64,000 nucleotides of DNA from Octopus bimaculoides (taxonomy: Eukaryota), in contig NC_068990.1 in assembly GCF_001194135.2 (NCBI RefSeq), positions 45,209,915 through 45,273,914 of the forward strand, written 5' to 3'. Position numbers and translations under genes: made by a program. The notes beneath the pieces are model-generated. The model saw nothing but the letters and a program-made list of their open reading frames with translations, did not search any database and had not been told where the DNA came from. Position 1 is the stretch's first letter. Each line of letters starts with the position of its first letter. Of the stretch, positions 27,743 to 40,442 are shown piece after piece.

Positions 27743-28093
27743 AAGAAAAGAGTTCATCATCTTCCAGTACGATGTTCTTGCCAAATCAGTGCAACTGTTG
27801 GACTATTGGTTGGGCTGAGGTGCGTATCCGCTCCCCTAGCGGTAGCATTTCATGGATGATGCGGATCGAAAACAGCCTAAACCCTTACAGCTGCCCCAGC
27901 GATCTTCCAGTAGCTGACATCAGTGTTCTACAGATACCTGTACAACAACAGAGTCAGTTCTTCAAGAGTCGGGAGAAATGTTATAGTAGTGGTACATTTA
28001 GCGACGATGAATATGAGAACCATTCCACACAGCAGACATCTTTAGACCAGGAACTAAAGCATCATAGAAACACAGATTTTACAAATAAAGAAG
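27743..28093 (+). CDS. TSC2: Tuberin exon w19
   Basis: TTCCAG acceptor; ...QCNCWTIGWAEVRIRSPSGSISWMMRIEN... (TSC2 [22 protein letters not shown]); donor AAG|GTAATG; 351 nt, phase 1/1. Confidence 0.95.
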
Positions 28094-28535
28094 GTAATGG
28101 ACTTTTTTTTTTCTTTTTCTCTCAGTCTAGTCACTCTAGTATCATCATTTAATGCCCACTTTTCCTTGCTTACATGGGTTGAACAGAGTTTAATGAGACA
28201 GATTTGATACAGCTGGATGCCCTACCTGTCATCACTCATAACTTTTATATAGCAAGGTAATATTTCCCCATGGCCAGACTTATTTTTGAAGAATATTGGA
28301 AATGAATGACATTCATTTACAACAATGCAATAAGACAAAGAGCGGCAAACACTTTCTCATATACACACGCATACACACACACACATATACATACATGCAT
28401 GCATACACACATACATATGATAGAGTTTGTAGTTTTATCTCAACCTTAGAAATCAGTGATGAATTATGATTTTCTCTTTCTCTTTCCTCATTACATATTT
28501 TTGTATTAAACTGTATTATTCAAATTTTTTTCCAG

Positions 28536-28612
28536 ATGCAGCAGCTTCCAGTCCTGAAGAAGAGGAGGAAGAAGAGAAGAAGAAGCCTTCAGGTAGCAAT
28601 GCTCAGGAACAG
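28536..28612 (+). CDS. TSC2: Tuberin exon w20 (acidic low-complexity)
   Basis: TTCCAG acceptor; (D)AAASSPEEEEEEEKKKPSGSNAQEQ; donor CAG|GTTGGC gives the phase 0 needed by the next exon; an alternative donor is possible after 28592. Confidence 0.75.
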
Positions 28613-28840
28613 GTTGGCATCAAATGTTTGGTTTCAGTTAGATTTGATCTTGAATTCTCTGTAAAACAAATTTTATTTTATGTCTCCTCAAGCTTGTTTT
28701 ATGACTGTAGATTTTAGAATAATTTGAACAGCTACTGATATAATTGTTGCCTATTTTTATGTTGTATTAAATAGCTTTATGGAACAGATGTAGATAGAGA
28801 CTTCATTGACTTGTAATATTCTATGCAGTGTTGTATAATA

Positions 28841-29896
28841 CAAGGTGTCCCAAAAGTCACTGATGGGTTTCAATTTTTAATAACTTCCTTAACTTCACAA
28901 ATAAATGCACAAAATGTTGATACAATATAAAGGACATAATGGAAATTAATATGCACAAGTCAAATTTTGCAACACCACTACATCACATATGAAAAATGAC
29001 ATCACTTAAATGGCAGCCATTTTTGGCATTGAATGTGAAGGCCAGTTGACATTGCTGTAACGGGAGACTATTCTCTCTCCAAAGCACTGCCGTAGCAACT
29101 GCATTGTTTCTCTTGCAGTATGTGCAGTTGCCCCATCTTGCTGGAACCATGTGTGCGGTCTACTTTGAATGGCCTTTATGTTCCCCAGACTTGACTAGCT
29201 TGGATTTTTTCTTGTGGGGATATCTGAAAGAGAGGGTCTACATCAACAAACTGGAGACCCTGGTGCAACTGAAGGAGAACATCATAGAACATCATAGAGA
29301 AATCATAGAAGTGGAGTCTGAAACTCTTGAGGGTGTTATGGTGCAAGTTTTGGAAAGAGCAAGGGCATGCGAAGCTGAAAATGGTTGCCATTTAAGCAAT
29401 GTCATTTTTCATATGTGTTGTAGTAGTATTGCAAAATTTGACATGTACATATTAATTTCCATATGTCTTTTATATTCATCATCATCATCATCGTCGTTTA
29501 ACATCCGCTTTCCATGCTAGCATGGGTTGGACGATTTGACTGAGGTCTGGTGAACCAGATGGCTGCACCAGGCTTCAATCTGATTTGGCAGAGTTTCTAC
29601 AGCTGGATGCCCTTCCTAACGCCAACCACTCANNNNNNNNNNTTGGCAGAGTTTCTACAGCTGGATGCCCTTCCTAACGCCAACCACTCAGAGAGTGTAG
29701 TGGGTGCTTTTATGTGCCACCGGCACAAAGGCCAGTCAGGAGGTACTGGCAACGGCCACGCTCGAAATGGTGTATTTTACGTGCCACCCGCACAGGAGCC
29801 ATGATGATGATATTGTATCAAAATTCCATGCATTTATTTTTAAGTTAAGGAAGTTATTAAAAATTGAAACCCATCAGTGACTTTTAGAACACCCTT
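28841..29896 (+). mobile_element. Internally deleted Tc1/mariner element with ~185-bp TIRs and a nested retroelement tail
   Basis: TA flanks at 28839-40 and 29897-98; left TIR 28841-29024 mirrors 29378-29476 plus 29810-29896; transposase C-terminus WPLCSPDLTSLDFFLWGYLKERVY...RARACEAENGCHL. Confidence 0.9.
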
Positions 29897-30380
29897 TATA
29901 TAGGTGCAGCTTGTTCAAATGGGTAACAAGTTTGTTCCATAGTCTCCAGGTCCTAGGTTTGATCTCACTGCATTGCATTTGGGGAAAATGTCTCTTACCC
30001 TTGCCTTGGATCAATCTACTCCTTGGGAGTGAAGGTAGAATGTTTTTGTTCATAGCCCTTGGTTATTCTTGATCAATTAAGGATAACCTGGAGTTAAACA
30101 TCAATAACAAAAACTTGTGTAAGATTGTTGAACCATTGCTGATTCTTAGAATTGAACCTAAACATTTTGGGTTTCAAGATTTCATTCACATGAAATCATG
30201 ATATTCATCATCATCATCATCATTTAGTGCCTGTTATCCATGCTGGCATGAGTTGGATGGTTTGACGAGGCAAGCAGGAAGGCTGCACCAGATTCCAGTC
30301 TGATTTGGCATGGTTTCTACAGCTGGATGCCCTTCCTAACACCATCCACTCTGAGAGTACATGTATACCCTGTCCCCCCC

Positions 30381-30411
<31 letters not shown>

Positions 30412-30689
30412 GTTCACACAGACATAGGTATCCACAGAGATGATCACATTTGCTCACACATACAGCCACACATGGTCACTTTCATATAGACATATTATTC
30501 AAGCATATACATACAGCATGTTATTAGACCAGGCTGTTTCTGCTATTATTCATTAAATATTTGTAAGAATCACTATTTCCAACATCATTGGTCTTACTGA
30601 TATACCACCACTACTACCAACACGACCATCTTTATCAATACCATCACTTACCAACCTATTTCTTCCTTAGTCATCACAGTCAAGAATTA

Positions 30690-31290
30690 GACTCTTCTAA
30701 CCATTAACAGGTTCATGTACCCTGGCAGAACTCTCTCACGAATCCTTCATACTAACAATAAAGTCAATACCAAAAGTTCCAAAGTTAACACTGCCTTCAG
30801 TAGACTTTGTAAAGATGTCTGGACCAGCAGGGATCTTGGCCTCTAAATCAAGTTGATGTTCCACAAGGTTTTGCTGTATATTACTAAAACCGGAGTGTTT
30901 TAAAGACGGTGTGACAAGAATCTTAGTAAATTCTACCTGAATTGCCTATGCAAAATGCTGCACATACATTGGCAAGACAAAATTCCAGGTAATGAGGTCC
31001 TTAATCATGTGGTGTTGTGCAGCCATGCTGGTCTGGTCACGACCAGAATAAATGATGAACAACTTTCTAGACATCTTTTCTGTAGTGAGTTGAGATGGGA
31101 GAAACTATCATTTGATGGACAGTACAAATAAGAATATTCTCAAGGCCTTCAGCATCAATCCAAAGTCATAAGAGAGCTTCGTTACTGCATAGTCTACCTA
31201 GCATAGTCGCATTAGAAAAGGTACCATAACATATGAGCAAACCAGAAGCAGACACACTGAACAAAATACGGAGCTGATTATGTCCAGTGC
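30690..31290 (+). mobile_element. Old RTE/BovB-like LINE 3' fragment
   Basis: Degenerate translation includes F.Y.G, AF.RL.KDVW, F.LNCL.KMLHIHWQDKIP.NEVL and a WSGH motif typical of RTE post-RT regions; many stops. Confidence 0.6.
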
Positions 31291-31741
31291 TGCTCGCACA
31301 TTCACAAAGAAAGAACTTTTATCAAAACCTGTTCTTATCAACATTGCCATTGTGTTCATCATTGCCACCATCATATATTACAATCCGTTAAGGAAGCCTT
31401 GATGCAGTTACATAACCTGCTTAACATATCAACCAAATAGTCCTCAAATCACATCTTACTGTTCTTGAAAAAGTAAGAATCTATTGACTAATGTATTCTT
31501 GGATTCATTATGTTTGAGATGAAAAAAGCAGAATAGTCACTATTGTAATGTCTTTTATCATAGGCTTGCTTAATCAGGGCTGGCCTGGTGTTAAACTACA
31601 GAACAACAACAACATCAGTCATCATCACATTCTCGCACTATATATTATCACCATTACCATTATCCACTAAAGTCATCCAACCACAACCACCACCAGTTCT
31701 ATATGTAATATTCATGTAAATCTTTGCTTTTTTAATTTCAG

Positions 31742-32182
31742 CAAGGAGGCAATCCCGTTGAACAGAAAGTAAAAGTGCTGAAGAAGAGTACCTCATCTCC
31801 ATCACTGTTGTCTGTGAGTAACAGCTGTAGTAGTTGTGGGGGTGGGTCAGATGCTGCAGCTGAACCAGGTTGTGTCAGATCAGGCTCACGGTCAAAAGAC
31901 AGACAGCTTAAGGGCACATCCACTACAGATGGCAGTATGGCATCGGGACTCACTCGGGTGAGGCCCATCTCTACAGCACCAATTGAGGCATCAGCCAGTG
32001 GAGGAAGTAGGTATTTTGAGGACTTACTGCGAAGTATAAGACGGCAGTTGAATCTGTCGACTAAGAATTCGGACTCACAATATGACACTAACCAACAGAA
32101 TCAGACATCCAGTCAGTATTATCATCAACAACCAATGACAGCACCAGCTGGAACCCAGTTACTTAGTCATACCGCTTTCCCA
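31742..32182 (+). CDS. TSC2: Tuberin exon w21 (Ser/Gln-rich disordered region)
   Basis: TTTCAG acceptor; GC-richer open frame QGGNPVEQKVKVLKKSTSSPSLL...SHTAFP; donor CCA|GTTAGT in phase 0 just before an in-frame stop. The 3' boundary is inferred from phase. Confidence 0.75.
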
Positions 32183-33168
32183 GTTAGTACATGAAGCTTG
32201 CCTGTTGGTGTCTTAAATTTTCGTCTAATGCAGTTGTCATCTCATTTTATTTTCGTTTCATTAGTACTTTTTCTTTATGTCTTGCTAAGTTTTTCATATT
32301 AGTACATTTTCCTTTTGTTTTGCTAAGTTTCGATATTGTGTATTTGTTGTTTTTGGTACCTTATATTTAATTGGTGTTGTTCAAAATAGCTATGTTTGGC
32401 TTATTTTATATGTTTTTAAACGTTTTATTTCACAATTTGTGAATAGTAGTGCCATTTGTCAAATGAGATTCCATTTGAATACATTGTGCCAATTCTTGGT
32501 ACAATGTATTCTGACAGCAAGTATCTTTTTTTTTTACCCGTGTTTATGTCCTTGGAGCCTGGTGTAGCCATCTGGTTCGCCAGTCCTCAGTCAAATCGTC
32601 CAACCCATGCTAGCATGGAAGGCGGACATTAAACGATGATGATGATAGGTATATATACACACCAGTGAAAGATTATATATATAATCATCTTTATCATCAT
32701 TTTAATGTCCACTTTTCCATGCTTGCATGGGTTGAATAGAGTATATTGAGATAGTCTTTTCAATGGCTAGATGCCCATCCTGTTGCCAACCCATACTTGT
32801 TTTCAAGCAAAGTAATGTTTCCCCATGGCCAGGCATGTTGTGCAGAATATTGGAAATGAATGACACTGCTTGTATGACAGTGACTATCATTTACAACTAT
32901 CAAATAATATGAAGACAAGGAGACACAAACATACACTCTCTCTCTCTCTCTCTCTCTCACACGTGCACACACACACACACACACACATATACACATACAA
33001 GTTTCCATCCACCAAATCCACTTACAAGGCTTTGGTTTGTTCAGGGCTATAGTAGAAGATACTGCCCAAGGTACCATGCAGCGGGATTGAACCTGAAGCC
33101 TGTAGTTAGGAAGCAAATTTCTTAAACACATCCATTCCTGTGCCCGTACTTATATATATATATATACA

Positions 33169-33215
33169 TACTAGCAGAGATACCCGGCCTTGCTCGGGAT
33201 TAAAATGGCATAGAT
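33169..33215 (+). mobile_element. Possible Helitron-like 5' terminus
   Basis: TACTAGCAGAGATACCCGGCCTTGCTCGGG directly after a (TA)n run, with a CCCG/CGGG hairpin, resembling 5' ends of metazoan non-autonomous Helitrons; only a short stretch is visible. Confidence 0.4.
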
Positions 33216-33490
33216 TTTTATTGCTTTACTTGTTTCAGTCATGTGACTGCAGCCATGGTGGAGCACAGCCGTTGGTCGAAGAAATCAACCACAGGAATTA
33301 TTCTTTGTAAGCCTAGTACTCATTGTGTCAGTGTCTTTTACCAAACCGCTAAGTTACAGGAATGTAAACACAGCAACATCAGTTGTCAAGCAATGGTGGG
33401 GGTACAAACACAAGACACAGGCACACACATACACAAATATACACATATATACGACAGTTTTCTTTCAGTTTCCAAGTACGAAATCCACTC

Positions 33491-33710
33491 NNNNNNNNNN
33501 NNNNNNNNNNNNNNNNNNNNNNNNNNNNNNNNNNNNNNNNNNNNNNNNNNNNNNNNNNNNNNNNNNNNNNNNNNNNNNNNNNNNNNNNNNNNNNNNNNNN
33601 NNNNNNNNNNNNNNNNNNNNNNNNNNNNNNNNNNNNNNNNNNNNNNNNNNNNNNNNNNNNNNNNNNNNNNNNNNNNNNNNNNNNNNNNNNNNNNNNNNNN
33701 NNNNNNNNNN
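33491..33710. other. Assembly gap (220 N); 10-N gaps also at 29633-29642 and 59584-59593
   Basis: N runs. Confidence 1.
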
Positions 33711-35297
33711 NATATATATATATATATATATATATAGTACTGCAGCATAATATAATGACTAGAGAACTTAAAAATTTCACTCACAAATTGTTAATCAATT
33801 ATAGGCATTGATAGAAGAAACTTGTCCAATGTGCTGCCAAGTGGGATTAAACCTGGAATCACTGAGTCAGGGAATAAGCTTCTTAGCCTCAGTGCCATAT
33901 CTTTGCTTGTATAAGTCTATGGCACAGAGGTAGGCTGACCAAACAAATCATTGGATCAGTAGTTCTAGCTGTAGCCATTCCATCTTGATTTTGGATCTTG
34001 CTGTCATTAAATATAGGGTTTAAGCCATGTGGTATCTATTTTGATAATGGTAAGTAGTTTATTGAAGGAGATTTAGCTGCTACATTGAGCACATCAAATG
34101 ATGGTATTGAAACTTTATCTCCTGGCAGCTGAATCTCTTCTCATTGCTGTTGTCATTGGTGTTTGTATCATTGGTGTTTCTCTTTATCTCTCACTCTCTC
34201 TCTCTCTCTGTCCTCATTTTTACTTCCATTTAGAAATTTCTTTTATTCTTTTCCTTATTTTTGTTTCTTTTTCTTTCTTATTTTAGTTTTCTTTCCTTTT
34301 CTTTTTTTAGTTTTCATTTATTTGTTTATTTGTAGACTATTGTGGATTGCTAAAATAGTAGAGCCAGAAACTCTATTTTGTTTACTGTCCCAATGTCTTG
34401 AATTCAAATTCCAAAGAAGCCAATTTTGTCTTTTATCTTCTTATTAAGTTGATATGATAATTAACTATTAGTATACTCAGTTTTATCTAGTTTCCTACAT
34501 ACCTTTTGTTCATCCAGTTTTCTGTATGAAAATTTCAACACCTCAAAAAAAACAAAAAAAAAATTAGAAGTAAATTTAACAATTTTTGTGTTTTTAAATG
34601 ATTAAAATGGCTCTTCTGTGAATTCATTGCTTCACTTCCAACCTCATGGTCTCAGATAATTTTCACTTGCTAGATAAATATAACTCTGAAATGATGATTT
34701 AGTTTATTTGGAAGAGGTCTTTTCGCAAGTCACATTGCCTCAATAAACTTAACATATCTCGCGACATTTCTCGGCAAAAATTAAGATTTGTATATAAAAC
34801 TGCTTTCTGCATTTAAAGGTAATGACAGTGTAAGTGGATACATCTGATTTCCACAGTAAAGGGGTTAATTATTCTGAGAGGTACAAGGAAGAGAAAGCTT
34901 CATGGCTTTTAAAATTTATCTTGAGGACAGAATAGCTTAAGTAATACAGGTAACAGATGTTGGATCCAGTAGAATTCATATTTCGCTTTTAGCATAAAAA
35001 ACCGTTATTTCCTTCATAGATAATTACCTTGTGATTTTTCAGTGACCATGAAAAGAATTTTAATTACTTTGAAATTCAACTTTGATATTTGTCATTCCAT
35101 TTCTTGATAGTTTACTTCAAAGACTCATTAATCCTTTTACTGCAGGAATTAGATGTATCCATTCAAAATTTCATTACTCTTAACTGCAGGAAGCAGTTTT
35201 ATAAATCAGTTTATCTTTTGTTGAGGAGTGTCATAGTTGAAACTATTTTTGTGTTGAGGTAGGTGCAAGGATAACTCTGTGGTAAGAAGCTTGTTTC

Positions 35298-35511
35298 TTA
35301 GGCCAGCTGGCAGAAACGTTAGCACAATGGGTGAAATGCTTAGCGGTATTTCGTCTGCCGTTACGTTCTGAGTTCAAATTCCGCCGAGGTCGACTTTGCC
35401 TTTCATCCTTACGGGGTCGATAAATTAAGTACCAGTTACGCACTGGGGTCGATATAGTCGACTTAATCCCTTTGTCTGTCCTTGTTTAGCCCCTTGTGGG
35501 CAAAAAAGAAA
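35298..35511 (+). mobile_element. Young tRNA-type SINE family B copy with 15-bp TSD (older copies near 12050, 26600 on +; 6650, 7770, 45520, 53440 on -)
   Basis: A-box-like TGGCAGAAACGTTAG, B-box GAGTTCAAATTCC, CpG-rich; flanked by TAAGAAGCTTGTTTC at 35283-35297 and 35512-35526. Confidence 0.9.
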
Positions 35512-36725
35512 TAAGAAGCTTGTTTCCCAAACACATGTGTGTTTGTGTCTGTGTTTGTTCCCCACCACCACTTGACAACCAGTGCTGTTGTGTTTACATC
35601 TCTGTAGCTTAGTGGTTTGACAAAAGAGGCCAATAGAATAAGTATCAGGCTTTAAAAAAATTGAAGTACTGGGGTTGACTCATTCAACTAAAATTTCTTC
35701 AAGGTGGTGTCCCAGCACGGCCGCTGTCTAATGGCTGAAACAAGTAAAAGATAAAAGACATATGAAGTCTATTGTGGCAACATCACTTGTAGAAAACATC
35801 AATTCTATTTTTGTGCTAGATATTTAACATCCTTACTGAAATATGAAATTTAATTTCACAGTTAAAAGGTTAAACAGGCAGGTTTTAGTAGGTTATTTTA
35901 CCACTATTTAGGAACCACTGAAATCTTTCATCTTCATTTATGGAAATTTAGGATGAAACTGCTCCAATTACATGTGTCAAAGCTTAAGTGTAGATTTGGT
36001 TTGCTTGGAACTAATCTCCATTCAATGATACTTATGTTTTTCATGTTACTCTCCTTGGTTATTAGTATTAGCAGTATTTTTTATTCATTAAGATCACAAT
36101 ATTTGTTTATTCAGTCAAATCTGACTTTTATTGCTCCCCATATGATCATGTTTTCTTTTCAAATTACTTCATTGTTAGAAAGAATATAAAAGTCAATATA
36201 GGGTGTGTGTGTGTGTGTAGGTCTGGTGGTACAAATGACAAAAATAGAACTCAGTATTTATTTTCTATAAAGCTTCATAAATGACTCAATAATTTAGAGG
36301 TATTCATCAGTCTTTTGATAAACGCATTGCACAAAACTAGGTCTTTCAGTTATGTATGTAGCTTTACAACCCCCCCCTCTCTCTCTCTCCCTCAGCTACT
36401 CATGTAGCATTTTAGTAATTTTTAATTTCCTTCTTTACAAACTCTTGCAAGGCAAGAATCATTTCATGATTCTCTTTTCTAGCTTTGTTTCCTCTTGTCC
36501 TCTGTCATTTTATATAATTTCTTCTCTTGCGTGTTTTTTCTCCTTGGTTCTCTATTTAATACCCTTTCATTTATGGTGAAAATTTTTCAAATTAACACCA
36601 TTGAATTCTATGGTCTTCCATTTTACATTGCCTTTTCACAATATTTCTCATGTCTGGTTCTCTAATTCTTTCTTTTATATTCACTACAACCTGTACATAT
36701 CTAACCAGTTGCCCAAAGCAATGTA

Positions 36726-37606
36726 CGAGTTGGTATCAAAAAGTTCTCAGACTAGTTATGTTTAATAAAAAATAGCTTACTTAAGTTTTAACATCATTTC
36801 TTTCAAAATACACCAGCAATACACCAGTCCCAGCCTTCCTGCCACTTTTGGAATCTGACCTGGAAGTCATTTTCTGTAAGCGAGTCAAGGACCTTTTGCA
36901 ATTTGCTCTTGATCTCAACAACAGTGTTAAAATGGCGACCTTTGAGCTGCATTTTCATCTTGGGGAAGAGATGGAAGTACACAAATGCTAAATTTGATGA
37001 ATAGGGCAGGTGCGGAAGCAATACCATGTTGTTTTTGGTGAGAAACACGAGTGAGGTGACAGGGTATGTTGTCGTTGTGAAGAATCCAATTCTTTGTACT
37101 CCACAGATTTGGTTCCTTTCACTGAATGTCCTCCCTCAAATGCTTCAAAATGCTGTTGATTGTCCTCCAACGATACTCATGCACAAGTTGATGAATTTTC
37201 TCCATATTTTTGGGGGTGACATTTGTGGCAGGTCTTCCAGATCAATCATCATCTTCCAGGGATGTTCTTCTGCTTTTGAAGCACTCATGCCACATGAAAC
37301 ATTATGTACTACCCATTGCCTCATTACTGTAAGCTTGTCAAAGCATGCTCAATGTCTCTGTAGCAGACTTCCCAAGTTTAACACAAAATTTCATGTTGGC
37401 TCTTTGTTCCAACTTCTTCATAACAAAAATCACAGATTACAGCATACATGTGAACACAAAAACACAAATTTCACAACTTACAAAGTAAACACTCGGCATG
37501 CTGCTTCATGAAGGTCACTGCTAGTTCTCACCATGTATGCAACTGTGTACTGCCATCTGTTGGTGCACTAAAGAACTAATCCAGGAAAGTTTTTGATACC
37601 ACCTTA
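36726..37606 (-). mobile_element. Internally deleted mariner transposon
   Basis: ~30-bp imperfect TIRs (CGAGTTGGTATCAAAAAGTT / AAGTTTTTGATACCACCTTA) with TA flanks at 36724-25 and 37607-08; minus strand encodes N-terminal EQRANMKFCVKLGKSATET...SGRP and C-terminal PHLPYSSNLA...LFPKMK..LKGRHF...WQEGWDWCI; central DD region missing. Confidence 0.92.
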
Positions 37607-37609
37607 TAA

Positions 37610-38200
37610 CTCTTCTACATTAGATGTTCCAATCTTCCATAACAGTCTTCATATTCTCTATCTTCCATAAGTTCATTGATATATGCTCTTCTTATTCTGC
37701 TGATATCTGTATATCTGTGCATAAATTCCCAGAAGAGATTGCTAGACATTTTATCCTTTCTTCTCTAGCAGTATCCTGCATAATATGTTCTTTCTCTGAT
37801 TGCTGAGGTGATGGTAGGAAGAGACTGCCTTATAGTCACTGCTTTGTAGGGTGTTGCTGACCCAATTCAGGAATCCTTTACTTCTAGTAAATTAGGTAAC
37901 AAGATTCTAAAATAATCTTGATGTTACATATACAGACATAGTATGTACGTATGGCTCCAAGGAAGCTATAGGATGCTGTTCAAACACTGCTTTGTATAGC
38001 AGAAATAGGTGTAAGCCAGTGAAGGTGATTATGTGACTCCTGCTCTTGTTCCATTCATTAATTGATGCCATACTCTGTACTCTCTAAAGCATAGTTATAT
38101 TGAGTCCTAACAACTGGTTATTAGTACTGCTATATCTAGGCAAAATCATCATACTGAGATTAGATAAGATAATCTAATCTCAGTATTGTAAATGAAATCT
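37610..38200 (-). mobile_element. Very degenerate LINE 3' fragment (RTE-X-like)
   Basis: Minus strand reads SLPTITSAIRERTYYAGYC...NLFWEFMH...AYINELMED, similar to the L..I...I..RRL.FAGHC...LLLW.P.H...TYID.L..D pattern. Confidence 0.5.
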
Positions 38201-38226
38201 AAAGCAAATACATCACCATGTATATG

Positions 38227-38265
<39 letters not shown>

Positions 38266-38597
38266 CTGTTCTTGTACAGAATGTCTATTATTGATTCATC
38301 ATTAATAATAAATACCTATGGATGGTGTTGATATCTTCTAAAGCAAGAAATCTGACACATGCAAACACACAAACTTGAAGTAGTCCTCTAATTTATTTTT
38401 ATTTACTCTGCACTTAATTTTACTTTTTATTTTATATTTTATTTTATTTTATTTGATATTCTCATATCAGCTGCAGCATGTATTGTTTTTATTTCATTTT
38501 ATTGTAATTACAGTAATGATTATTATAATTATTGTTATTATTAATATATGTCATGGTGTAATGTTTGCATTAACTCTCTCACCAACCAAAATTGCCC

Positions 38598-38817
38598 TTA
38601 ATCCTTTCGGATTTAAACTGGCCATAATCCAACCCAAATATTCCATGTTTTGTGTTCAAACTAGCCAGATCTGGCCTCTCACACCTACCCTACAATGTTA
38701 TTCTAAAAATAAACTTTCACATCATCAAAATCTCAATGCTATGAGATAATGCATAATTAATACAAAGCAGGGTGAATAAATACATTTGCCAGAATAATCT
38801 GAATGCTGAAGGGTTAA
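38598..38817. mobile_element. TTAA-ended MITE (related copy in opposite orientation at 56188-56417, partial copy near 24355-24490)
   Basis: Ends TTAATCCTTTCGGATT / AATGCTGAAGGGTTAA; the body recurs in the window. TTAA ends suggest piggyBac-type mobilisation (inference). Confidence 0.65.
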
Positions 38818-40442
38818 ATTAACCTCTTTGCACTTCCTTATGATTTATTGCAATATATTAGCACAAATATAGGCAAGATAGTTTTAACATAGCTATATGG
38901 AAGATAGTTTTATTGCAATAGTTCTAAATGGTTAGCAAGCATTAACATGTATGGTGTTAATTGAATTAAACTTCCTTGTTTCATATTTTCTCATGGTGAG
39001 AGGGTTAATCTCTTATTTTTTAAATTTAAAAAAAAAATATTTTCAGTTGATGTAAAATATTTTAAAATATTTTTTTAAATATTTTGTAATATAGCTGTCA
39101 ATTAGCTTCATGAAAATAATTTAGATTCAGTTAATTCATTTATATGGTTAATCTAATTCACTGTCACCCAAAATGTTAATTTCAGACAATCTTTTACATT
39201 TATTTGCTAAATTTTTGTAATTGAGTAAATTGTTCTTTTTATTTATATAATGTTGAATTTCTAATGAAATCTTGTTAACGATGGAAAAGGTAGTATTGGT
39301 GGAACATTGAACAAAATCTTTTGTGGTATTTGGTTATGAGACTACATAGTTAAAGTTCAAATTTCATGGAGGTTAATTTTACCTTTTTTAATCCACCCAG
39401 GGTTGAGAAAGAAATTATCCAGCCAAGTGCTGGGATTGGTTTTTATCAACTGCTACCTCCTCCACAACTTGAGCTCTTATACATTATCATCATTTTCATT
39501 GTTTAACATCCATTTTCCATGTTGGATGGTTCAACAGCACCAAGCTCCAGTGTCTGCTTTGGCATGAATTCTATGGCTGGATGCCTTTCCTAACACCAAC
39601 CACTTTACAAGTGTATACTGGGTGCTTTTGTTTTTTTTTCATGGCACCAGCACTATTGAGGTTGCCAAGTCACAAGACAAGACCTTGCAACTGAGTGGGG
39701 AGTGTAGTATTGAGGGAGGTGGTTTTATGCCAGGTGATGAGAAGTTAAACTATGATTGAGAGATAGGAACAAGTGTCTTGCTGTAGAGGAGATAGATGGG
39801 TACTTCAGTTGGGAAAAAGGTAGATTGTTTTGAAGATGTGTTAGGTTATACCCTCAAGTTGCAGGAAAGTGAATATAAGAGAGAAGTGGTCAGAGGATCA
39901 AACAAGGTGAATGGAATGGTAGGTTTGTGAGAATGTGAAAGGAAACTGGCAGATGGATAAAGATAAACGCAATGAATGGTGAATATGGGTGAAGCATGGT
40001 CAATGATGAATATCAGTTTGGGTGTGGGAAGAAGGTAGGAAATAGAAATGGGTCGGGGAGGTAATAGTTGGCAACAAAGATGATCTGAAGTGTGTGTGTG
40101 GACAGAGTACAAGAGAGATGCACAGGAACAATTCAGAGGCACATAGAAACCATGCTAAAGCAAACACTGGAGCATAATACAGTCCTTGGAACCATCAGGT
40201 CCTGTTAAACTGACCAACCCATACCAGCATAGAACATAGATCTTTAATGATGAGGGTCATAAGGATGATATAACTTTTAGCATTTATGCTTAAATAAAAT
40301 TCTATGATAATAAGAAATGGTAGTGCTAAACGTAAGACATGAAGGTACTGTAATTGTTATTCAAACTTTTGAAAATGAAACGTATTCAAGACTATTTAGA
40401 AGGCATATTCTCATTAATCACAATTTTTCTCAAATCATTTAG

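Noticed and set aside
29585-29690. Apparent 48-bp direct repeat on both sides of a 10-N gap
   Set aside because: Identical sequence flanking an N run is the signature of unmerged overlapping contig ends, not a biological duplication.
33243-33811. ORFs spanning 33.2-33.8 kb
   Set aside because: They run through a 220-N gap.
35298-35400. tRNA gene calls from A/B-box matches
   Set aside because: These are SINE heads continuing into a repeated body; no complete cloverleaf was evident.
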